Part shown: positions 1 through 10,098 of the stretch, one piece after another
Position numbering within the stretch: position 1 is the first letter of the stretch
How the letters are laid out: each line of letters opens with the position of its first letter
NCBI GenBank assembly: GCA_027925325.1
Contig: AP027133.1
Span: 420,001-452,000 of the forward strand
DNA from: Candidatus Saccharimonadota bacterium
GTDB lineage: Bacteria; Bacillota_I; Bacilli_A; Mycoplasmatales; Hepatoplasmataceae
Direction: 5' to 3'
Length of the DNA: 32,000 nucleotides
The notes under the pieces: generated by a model
What the model was told of the DNA's origin: nothing
The model's database searches: none
What the model saw: only the letters and a program-made list of their open reading frames with translations
Program-made: the position numbers and the translations under genes

Positions 1-382
1 CATGAACGCCCCCATCTGAGCAAAGACCCATAATGTGAAAATTGCTATTATTTTTTTTAGCATGATCGATGGCTTTTAAAAGAATCTTATTATCTTTTAA
101 ATTATCTTCTTCAATTTCTTTATTAATAAGCGCAAGTGATTGATAAACAATTCTTCCTGCCCCTATATTCATATGACCAACTTCTGAATTACCCATCTGT
201 CCATCAGGAAGACCGACAAATTTTCCTCCTGTATTCATTAAAATATTTGGAAATTCCTTTGTTCACTTATCGATATTTGGTGATTTAGCAAGCTTTACTG
301 CATTTCCTTTTCCTGCAGGCGCTTGTCCATAACCATCCAAAATAATTAAAGCAACCGGTTTTTTATTATTTCTTGTATTCAT
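1..382 (-). CDS. gpmI: 2,3-bisphosphoglycerate-independent phosphoglycerate mutase, N-terminal 127 codons (gene runs off the window start)
   Basis: From ATG 380-382 the minus strand reads [83 protein letters not shown]...[13 protein letters not shown]. The ILDG.G and MGNSEVGH motifs are typical of iPGM. It contains one in-frame TGA (DKWTKEF). Confidence 0.9.
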
Positions 383-401
383 ATTAATATCTATTTTATC
401 A

Positions 402-1106
402 TTATCCTTTCTTATTTAAATTTTCTATCTTCCAATCGGCAAAAACACAATTTAATTCAAAGATTTTTTCATTTAAAATTTTGCTATCAACTTGTTTTGG
501 ATAAGAACAGGGATCTTTTGGAATCTGTTGTAATCAATGAAAATTATTTTTTTCATAAACTTCATTTAAATAAATTAAATTTGTTTTGGTCGTCTTTTCA
601 AAAATTTCTTTTGCAAGATAAACTGTTTTGTTGATTGTGGCAAGCGTTTTTTTACGTTTATTAATTTCAATAATCGAGAAAAATTCAATTCCCGTAAGTA
701 GAACAATTTTATAATTAATCTTAAAAGGTAAATTACTTAAAAAACTATTAATTTCAATCGCAGCCGTAAGTAAATTACCTTCCGCAAAACTATTAGCTTT
801 GTAGTGTTCAATAAATCCATAGATTTCTGTTCCAAATAAATGATAGTTATCAATTAAATAATAATTAAAAATTTTTAAAATACTCTCAGCATAAAGATTT
901 ATAAATTTTAATTTTTCTTTTTCTTTTAATTTTTGCATTAACTTTTGATAATTTTCAATATTTATATAAATTGTTGTAATTTTAGTTTTATAATGACTGC
1001 TAATAGGAAAATTTTTAATATTAGGAAAATTATTATTAATATTTATTTCAGCATCCTCAATTGTTCTAATCTTTTTTTGAATATTTAAACGCAAAGAACG
1101 AATCAT
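402..1106 (-). CDS. hypothetical protein (234 aa)
   Basis: Track ORF 534..1106 ends at TGA 534-536. Read as Trp, the frame continues (HWLQQIPKDPCSYPKQ...ADWKIENLNKKG) to TAA 402-404. I recognise no family. Confidence 0.6.
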
Positions 1107-1201
1107 GAATTTTTAGTTTATTTCCTTATAATTTTTCAATATAGAAAATTATAAACTTTATTATCATTTTAATAAAGTTTGCTCTCTTCCAAAATTAAAA
1201 A

Positions 1202-1774
1202 TTATTCTAAAGCATCACTTGAAATAGTAAATGAATTTATAAGAAGAAGATAAATTCCACTTAATGCCAATGTAATGAAAGCAAAAACCAGCATTATAAT
1301 ATCATCAGTTGTATATTTCTCAACAATTTCTACTCCTGAAATTGAATTGATAATCGCTCAAGCCGGATCATTTTGATATAAATTAGCATAATATAAAAAA
1401 TTCTCTGCATATAAAAAATATAATGTAACGAAAAGAACAATCACAGCGGCAAGAAATATTCCATAATAAATATTTTGAAATATCTTCTTCTTAAAACTTA
1501 AAATCAAAAATAAAATTGTAACCGCAAAGACAAAGGCAAAAATAAACATAAAAATAATCGGTGTATAAGTTTCTGCTTTTAACGCTCCTGTATTAACGAA
1601 AAAATCAATATCATTATTAAATTTAACGGTATCTGAAAGTTTAATCGCTGCGACCGTAAAAAAGGCGATTAATGTAATAATTGAAAAAATTAAAAAGATA
1701 AATTTAAAAATAAAAAACTTATCTTCGGTTGTTAACTCTCTTTTTTGTTTTGCTTTTTGTTTTTTCTTTACCAT
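1202..1774 (-). CDS. membrane protein, about 4 predicted TM helices, unknown function
   Basis: Track ORF 1358..1780 continues through TGA 1358-1360 to TAA 1202-1204. ATG at 1772-1774 (TTG at 1778-1780 is also possible). It has a basic N-terminus (KKKQKAKQKR) followed by long hydrophobic runs. Confidence 0.65.
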
Positions 1775-1788
1775 AATCAAATTATAAA

Positions 1789-2382
1789 TTAAAGATATTC
1801 TAAAAATATTTTTTTAACTGCTAATAAATTAAATTTATTGATTGAGGAATATAAAATAACTTCATCAAGATCTAAAATTTGCTTAATATTTTTTTTAAAA
1901 GCAGCTTTTTCTTTTTGTGTAACTTTATCTAATTTTGTTCCAATAATTTTAAATTGTAAGTTATTTTTTTTAAAATAATCAATCATTAATAAATCATCTT
2001 GAGAAATTTTTCTTCTAATATCTAAAAGCAAAATTGCTAATTTTAAATTTTTTCGTTCACTAAAATATTTATCTAATAAAATTGCAAATCTTTTGATTTG
2101 ATCTTTACTTACATTTGCATATCCATAACCAGGAATATCAACCAAACGAAATTTATCATTAACACTAAAAAGGGAAAGAGCACGTGTTTTCCCTGGCTTA
2201 TTTGATTTCTTCGCAAGTTTTTGGTTATTACCGATTGTATTTATAAAAGTCGATTTTCCGACATTTGATCGTCCGACTATCACAATCTCTTTAAGATTAT
2301 CGTTTGGCAATTTACTAAGGTCACTTGTTGTAAATAAATATTTTATATTTTTTAAATAAAAATTATCTGATTGATCATTCAA
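1789..2382 (-). CDS. engB: ribosome-biogenesis GTPase EngB/YsxC
   Basis: G1 motif GRSNVGKST, G3 motif DIPGYG and G4 motif TKLDK are present, with typical length. The only usable start in the open frame is TTG 2380-2382, because TAG lies at 2401-2403 upstream. Confidence 0.9.
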   Translation of the reverse strand: MNDQSDNFYLKNIKYLFTTSDLSKLPNDNLKEIVIVGRSNVGKSTFINTIGNNQKLAKKSNKPGKTRALSLFSVNDKFRLVDIPGYGYANVSKDQIKRFAILLDKYFSERKNLKLAILLLDIRRKISQDDLLMIDYFKKNNLQFKIIGTKLDKVTQKEKAAFKKNIKQILDLDEVILYSSINKFNLLAVKKIFLEYL

Positions 2383-3535
2383 AACGCTTCACCCCGATTC
2401 CTAGAAAAAAAATGATCATGATAAGAGGGGTAAATGAATAAAGAATTGATGTTTTATCTGATATATCAAATAAAACAAATGGATCGATGAAAAATTTAAG
2501 TCATCTTTCTCCCCCTTCTGAAAATACTGTTGTGATAAAATTTGATAATGGTTCAACATTTTTAAAGACAATAATTAAAGAAACATCATTTCCAAGAAAA
2601 GAGACCGTAGTATCTTTTAAATCATTAAAAAAAGTACTCAAGTAAATTTGATCAGCGACATTTGTTCTTGTTGCATCAGTAAAAGTTTGTGCATCAATTA
2701 TCAAATTATCCCATTCTCAATTTTGTACATTTCCTAGTTTATTAAATAAAAGATCGGTAACTTCTGTTGCCTGTTGTGGTGTAAGTCCTGCTTGTGCTAA
2801 TAAATCATTAATAAAATCATAACTCGCATCATTTGATAATGCCATTACCATCGTTTGATTTGAATAGTAATTGGGAGCGATATATCTTAAATCTAATAAA
2901 AACTCAATTCCGGGAACGGCTTCACTTTTCCCAAAAACAAAAAAATTAGGAATTGAAGTATATGTACCAAACATAAAAAATAATAGATAAAAAAATGACC
3001 ACAGATATAAGGTAGTACTTGATTTTGAAAATGAAATCAAAAGAAAAGTTAATCCATAGGCTAACACAATTGCTAAGATAAGTGAATATAAATAAAGTCC
3101 TCAATTTACATCTGCTCAATAAATATCACCAGAAAGTAATTCTAAAAATTTTTGATCAGATCAAAATGTTCAATCTGTAGCAAGAAAAGTATTATCACCG
3201 ATCGTAAGTAAAAAAACAATCAATGAGATAATTACAATCAAAATTAACGTAAACAAAAAAGCAACAAAAAGATTGACCATAAAAACCCTTGTCTTGCTTA
3301 AATTTGTAAGTGACATCGATTTTATCATCGATGTCTTTCTAATCTCAAGAATTGTCCCACCAAAAAGAAAAAAGGCAATCATGATAATCGAGATGGAAAG
3401 CGTAGTCGCATAAATGTAACTAACAGGAACAATTTGTCCCAATCCAAATAAAAAGGCCACTGGAAAGATAATTGAAATATAAGTAAAAGGTGATTTTAAA
3501 TATTGTTTTAATAATGTTTCAAAATAATATCACAT
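2363..3535 (-). CDS. ABC-2-type transporter permease, paralogue 2 (390 aa)
   Basis: Track fragments 2501..2704, 2717..3067 and 3170..3460 share one frame. All gaps contain only sense or TGA codons. Start is ATG 3533-3535 (MWYYFETLLKQYLKSPFTYISIIFPVAFLFGLGQ) and stop is TAA 2363-2365. The N-terminus and the EIRKTSMIKSMSLTNLSK loop match the neighbouring permease. Confidence 0.8.
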
Positions 3536-3591
3536 TTTATTTCCGCTCCAAATATTTCCCTATATGTATTTTATATTATAAATTATAAATT

Positions 3592-5028
3592 TTATCTTAT
3601 CGATCATTTAAAGTAATGAATGCCGATTCAACCAAAAACAATTATCAATGCTAACGGTAAAAATGCATTTAACATTGAATCTACATTTCCTCAATTTCAT
3701 GGCTCCGTACTTGAAAATACTCGTGCCAATCCATCTAAATTCTCGAGAACAAGTCTTAAATATAAACTAATATTTTCTGACATTTCAGCACTAATTTGTC
3801 CACTTCCATCAATCATAATTGCTAGTTGACGTGAATCTGGATCACCTATTATCTGATAATTAAGATCAAAAATAGAAACGACAATATTACCTGATAATTC
3901 TCCTTCTGGAATTAAGCCTCCAGGACCAGGAATTAAAACAATATCAATTTCAACTTGATTTATTAAAAATGTTTGCGAATCAGGATTTAAAATAAACATT
4001 AAGAGTGAATCATCTAATTCGCCCGATAAGGTTGCACTAGAAATTGCAATGCTAGCGGTATTTGCGATTGTTTCGCCAAATTCATAATCGATAACTGTGA
4101 TTATTAATGGTTCGATATCGAGATTTTGCAATTGTCCATGCGCACTCAATAATTTAAATAAACCTGAATCAAATCCTAGTGCTGAAATATCATCACTTGT
4201 TATTTTGGTAAGATCACCATCCAAACTTAAAACATAATTTCCTAATGTACTGATATCATCTCTTACTAATGGAATATTAATATATTTTTTTAAAGTCTCA
4301 ACAAAATCTGATTCTAAAAATTTAGCAAGATATGAATTATTTGATGCTAGAGCTGATGACATTAATTGATTTGTATAATAATGAGGGATAAATTTATAAA
4401 CATTTTGCGCCGGTGAATTGACAAACATTCCTAAAACAACCGGAAGAATAACCCCTCCTAAGATTAAAATCAAAAGAAAATATAAAATCGAAATAATATA
4501 AAGAGCATTTGTTGTTTTCGTAAAGGAAATAATTACAAAGGTAATAGAATAAGATAGACAGACAGTAAGAATTACGGCATAAATAAAGGTAAATCAATAA
4601 ATTTGATCTCAATTAATATCAAAATTTAGTAATATAAGTGGATTCGGATAATCTCTTAAAAAATTTGAAAAATCAACCGCAAGATATCCGGCCTGATATA
4701 TGCCATAAGAAAAAGCTAAAATCACAATCGTTGTAAAAATTGCAAAGGAAGTTGCAACAATAACATTTATTGAAAAAATCATTGATTTTGATAATTTTGT
4801 AAGCGACATCGATTTTATCAATGAGGTTCGCCTAACCTCTTGAATCGATCCCCCAAATAAAAATAAAATTGTAATTACAATTGCAATTGTAATTGCTGAT
4901 GGAATAACAATCGCAGCTGGAATTAACTTTCCTAATCCTAAAATTAAAATAAAAGGAAAAAGAAACGCCGAATAGGTATATGGTGATTTTAAATACTGCT
5001 TAAATAAGATCTTTGTATAATAATACAT
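3592..5028 (-). CDS. ABC-2-type transporter permease, paralogue 1, with a ~240-aa extracytoplasmic domain (478 aa)
   Basis: Fragments 3697..4473 and 4609..5028 are in frame. The 4474-4608 gap and the 3' extension were checked codon by codon, with TGA at 4609, 4594, 3697, 3691, 3628 and 3604. Stop is TAA 3592-3594. N-terminus: MYYYTKILFKQYLKSPYTYSAFLFPFILILGLG. Confidence 0.8.
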
Positions 5029-5045
5029 CTATGATTCCCTTTATT

Positions 5046-7553
5046 TTAATTTTCTATCTTCTTATCTTTAATTTTTTCTGAAATATTATAACTATTTTCT
5101 GTTGTGTCTGTTTTAAAATTTAAACTATTCAGATTAATTAATTTATCATTGATATCCTTATAAATATCAACAAAAATTTTTCTCACATTTGCAAGTGTCA
5201 TCTTTTTAACATTATGAATTTGAACAACTTTACCTTCTTTTAAAATTATAAGTTTATCAACCAAGCGATAAACCTCTGCTGGATTATGACTTATCAAAAC
5301 AAGGTTGGCATTTGTTTGATCTAAATAATATTTAATATACTTATTGATCTCTTCGATCGATTCTACATCAAGCCCGGTTGAAATTTCATCTAATATTAAT
5401 AAACTCGGTTGTTTTAAAAGAGCGATAATTACATTTAGTCGTTGTCTCTCTCCTCCTGATAAGATATCTCCATTTGATTTTAAAATATGATCTAATTTAA
5501 AGATATTAACTAATTTTCAAAGCTCTTCCTCTGAAATAGCTCACATTGATGTATTTAAAAATAACAATAAAATATCTTTTACATTTAAATCAGAAGGAAA
5601 TTTAGATTCTTGAAACTGCATTCCAATTTCATGTTTTGCGATTGATTTTGTCGGTGCAAAATAATATTTAATTCTTCCTGTCGTACTTTTTAAAGTTGTC
5701 GCTAAAATCTCAGTAAGCGTTGTCTTTCCGCTTCCATTCGGACCGGTAATTGCAACCCTTTCTCCTTTATTAAAATTAAGCATCACGCCATCAACAGCCG
5801 GTTTTATTCCAAAATATTTTTTAACATTGATAATTCTTATCTGTTCTTTTTGATAATTTCGATAAAGTTCATTATTAAAAATTTGTGGATATTGCGAAGG
5901 AATTTCTTTTAATAAATTATATTGATTATTTAAATAAATTTTATCTTCTTCAATAACATCTTGTTTATGAGAAATATCTTTTTTGATTGTATTTAAATAT
6001 TCCTCATTTAAAATTATTTTCTTGTTTTTTTTAGCAATTTTTTTATTTTTAGCTAATTCTTCTTTACTTTGTTTTTGTCTGTGCAGCAAGCGTTTATTTT
6101 GATCTTTATCTATGCTCAAAATTTCGATTAACCTTTGATAAATATCGATTGATTTTTCTTGAATTTCATAAATTTTATCTTCGATTTTATTTAATTTTGA
6201 ATTTTCTCTTCAAATCTTACGATCGATTCGATTAATTTTACGATCGATAAGATTCTTAGTACGTTTTTTCGATTGATTTAATTCAATCGTCTGTTCAATA
6301 AATTTATCTTTTTTTTCATTTAAAGAATCAATCTTGTCTTGATAATAATCAATTCCGGTTTTTATTTCAATAATTTTTGTATTTTTTCGATCGATGTAAA
6401 GTTTAAATTTTAAAACTTCGTTATATTTTTTCTTAATAGCTTCTCTAAAGCGATAAATTGAATTATAAAACCGTCCACGAATATATTCTTTTTCGATATT
6501 AAATTTAAATTCGAAATCTATTTCTTCTTCATTTCGCTTGATAAAATCATAAAAATTACTTTCATTTAAATTATTAGAAGGCATTTCAAGCAAAATTTTG
6601 CCATTTTTTAATAAAAAAACCTTATTTGTAAGATTCTTAATTTCATCTAAATTATGTGAAATTAAAATAACGGTAACATTATTTTTTTCGATATATTTTT
6701 TAAATAACTTAACAACTCTTTCATAAATATTAATATCAAGACCGGTTGATAATTCATCTAAAATTAATAATTTTGGTTTTTTAATAAACGCAAGAAAAAG
6801 ATTGACTCTTTGTTTTTGTCCACCTGAAAGTGAAATTAGATTTTTATTATAAAATTTATCAATTCCAAATTCACGAATTAAAATTTTAAGTTCTTGATTC
6901 GTATATCTTATTTTTTTATTAACCATTCGATTAAAAAAAACAATAATCTCGCTAACCTTATATCCCTCAGGATAATTTAATTTTTGAAACTGAATTCCAA
7001 TGCTATCACCCAAATCCTCTCTTGATTTACCAAAGTAATAAATCAGTTCACCCGAAGTTGCATTTTTAACACCAGAAATAATATCTGCAAGCGTTGTTTT
7101 TCCTGAACCATTATGACCGATAATTGAAACTCGCTCCCCTTTTTTTATTTTTAAATTAACACCTTTTAAAACTTCTTTTTTACCAAAATTTTTATATACC
7201 TCTTTTAATTCGATAAAATAATCATTTTTAAAAATACTTTCAAATTCTTTAATTCTTGCAAAATATTTATTTTCTTCTTCATTTACCAAAACAAGTTTTT
7301 CTTCTAATGCATCAATTTCTTTTACAAAATTTTCAAAATCTTTTTTATTATTTAAACTATCTAATTGATCTTTTTTTTCGATCGTTTTACTAATTCGTTT
7401 TTTTAAACGATCTTTATCATCAATTATTAATTTATATTTATTTATAACTCTTAGATATTCAACATTTAAGAAAGTAGTCTTAAAATCAACTTTTGAAATT
7501 TTTCTACTTTCACTTTGTTTATCTTGCTTTGAATTATCAAATTTATTTTCCAT
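5046..7553 (-). CDS. ABC transporter ATP-binding protein with two complete NBDs in one polypeptide (835 aa from ATG 7551-7553)
   Basis: Track ORFs 6210..7577, 5541..6119 and 5046..5297 share one frame. The 6120-6209 linker has no TAA or TAG. NBD1 has GHNGSGKTT, LSGGQKQRV, LLILDELSTGLD and ISHN. NBD2 has GPNGSGKTT, LSGGERQRL, LLILDEISTGLD and ISHN. K/E-rich coiled-coil-like segments precede each NBD. Confidence 0.85.
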
Positions 7554-7624
7554 TTTCTTAAAATAATAGAATACCAATTAGTAAATATTTTACATTTTTT
7601 AAAATTTTTATATAAATAAAACAA

Positions 7625-8953
7625 TTAATATTTTTTTAAGTAGGCGATAGCAAATCCTAGACATCAATAAAAAATTATATTGACATAAGGAAAAGTTAGC
7701 ACTAATCATCAACCAGCATTTGTCGCTCTAAAAGGTAAAAATTCTATTTTTGTAATCACATCAGGTGAATTAAGGGCAACAACTTGATTATCATAAACTG
7801 TAAAAACAAAAATATCTGTAAAATCAGGGAAATCAGGATTGTTAATAGGCGGAACATAATTAGGATCATATGGAATAATATCCATATTAGCGTAAAAGGC
7901 ACTAAAAAGCATTTGATTTACATGATAAAAAGGGAAAATTTGTGACAATACTCATAAAAATGATCGTGTATCTAAATCACCAAAATTTGTTACCTCATAA
8001 TATCGATAATTAATAATTGTTTTCTCATCTTCAGAAATATATGACATATCATGAATATACATCTGTGTCGGTGCGATTTTTATTACATAAGGATCAATTT
8101 CTGTTCCACTTCCGCTTATTCTTACATAATCAGAATTTAAATTAATAAAAAAACCTTTGTATTCAAATTGTGAAATTCCATTATCATAAAATTTACTAAA
8201 ATCAACCTTTGTTCCCTCAATGTTTGGTCCGAAGGCAAAAAATAGACATCCACCAAAAATTAAATTTAACAAAATTATCCCTGATGTAATCACAAAAAAA
8301 CCTTTAATTGTATTTAAATTTGCTTGAATTGCAAATGATAAGGCAAAAGTAATTGATGTGATTAAAAATAGACAATAAACAATTATTCCTCAGCCAATTG
8401 ATGTAAATGAATAATTAACTGCAAAAAATTGCTGTCCTTGAAACCTAGGCACACCTGTAGGATAAGGAAAAACGGGCCATATTACATTTATTCAATACAT
8501 CAAAAGCGTAAAAAACATCGTAAAGAGCATTACGATAATATTAGAAAATAACATTAATAAAAAAATTGATGTATAGATATAAAAACGATATTTAATATTA
8601 ATTGAAAAACTATTATAGAAAGTGGAATTCCGAATATTATAAAAATAAATTCCGTAAACCAAAAAACCACTAATTAAAAAATTAAATGATAAAGTTGGTG
8701 TAACCGAAAAATAGGGGGGAAAAACAAGACACATCGTAATTAACATGATTGAACAGATTAATAAAATATAAATTGTTGAAATCGATGTAAAATATTTACG
8801 AAAAAATAATCACAGAATATTTAAGAAACTCTGCTTTATAGCATGAAAATCTTTATAAACTTTCATCTCTGAATCTAATTTTAATGAAATTTTTTGTTCT
8901 GCCGTTAACCCTTTTTTATTTTTTGAATTTGCCTCGCTTGTTAACTTTTCCAT
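7625..8953 (-). CDS. ABC-2-like permease paralogue 3 (442 aa)
   Basis: Fragments 7709..7948, 7952..8293 and 8492..8746 share one frame, and all gaps were checked. Start is ATG 8951-8953 (MEKLTSEANSKNKKG...FRKYFTSISTIYILLICS) and stop is TAA 7625-7627. It has multiple TM runs and a large loop before the last helices. Confidence 0.75.
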
Positions 8954-8955
8954 AG

Positions 8956-10098
8956 TTACCACTTACGTTGATAATAAAAGTATTTTAACATTTTGTATTG
9001 TTTTTTTACAAAAAAGAGTTCAATCAAAAATAAATAGACAAAATTAAAGATAAACGATCCAAATAAAACAAAATCTCAAAGAATATTATCAAAATAAAGA
9101 TAATCGATCTTTACAGATTGATTTAAATATGAACTGCCCACAAGATCAGGATTTTGTAATAAAAGGTTAATATAATCTTGCACATTGTTATAAGACATTG
9201 TTATATTTGCAAACATAAATCTTGTAACCGTATTTATATATCAAAATGGATTAAGTAGCGAAAAAACAAACGGAGCGATCTGATCTTGATATTCTATTTC
9301 TGATTTAATTACAATTAAACCACTCGTAGAATCATAGTAACTATTAGCATTAGTAAGAGGACTAGGATAAAATCAAAATTGGAGTACACTTCCAAAACAA
9401 AATGAGTAAAAAAGGATAAAAACACTAACATATAGAAATTTAGATTCTTTTTTGATAAAAATACTAAAAAATAAAGCAATCAAAAAAGTCGTAATTGTCG
9501 TTTGAAAGAAAAAAAAGAAAAAAAGAATTCAATTAATCGAATTAAAATTTAACGTAATATTTGTAAGTGAAATACTAAAATTAAAAAATCATTCATTATA
9601 AACAAACCCTATTTGAATCAAAATAAATATTAAAAGCGAAACATAAATCGTAATCAAAATATTTGAGATAAAAACCATCAATAAGGTTGATGCATATAGA
9701 TTTTTTAATTTTACTTTATGATATTTAACTAAAGAAGATGATTTAATTCGAAAAAAAGAGGTAGCAAAAATAAAAAATGTCGATAAAATTAAAGAAACCG
9801 AATATACACCTGCTGTAAGTATATACATCGGTGCGATTGTGCCAATAAAGACGATAAATAAAACGGGAATAAAATATAAAAAAATAGTTGTAAATGAAGT
9901 AAAATACTTTTTTAAATGAAAATAGAACATCTCAAAAAAATCAATATTTTTATCGATATACAGATTAGATTTTATAATCTCTTGTAAATAAGGAATATCA
10001 AAATCGACTTTTCATTGATCTATTTTACGATTAATTTTGTCAAATGATTTATTTTTCTTACCTTGTTTTTTATTTTTATTATTTTTAATTATATTCAC
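8956..10098 (-). CDS. ABC-2-like permease paralogue 4 (380 aa from GTG 10096-10098; 324 aa if ATG 9928-9930 is used)
   Basis: Track ORF 9589..9930 continues through TGA codons to TAA 8956-8958, and 8959-9588 was checked for stops. The frame is open upstream to TAA 10099-10101, with GTG 10096-10098 as the only start codon there. That start would add a basic cytoplasmic N-extension like that of paralogue 3. Motif: HLKKYFTSFTTIFLYFIPVLFIVFIG. Confidence 0.7.

Noticed and set aside
4394-4612. Minus-strand ORF 4394..4612, and similarly 10930..11145.
   Set aside because: Both are out of frame with, and fully inside, the permease (3592..5028) and DUF2779 (10085..12058) genes. The true frames of those genes run uninterrupted through these regions in code 4.
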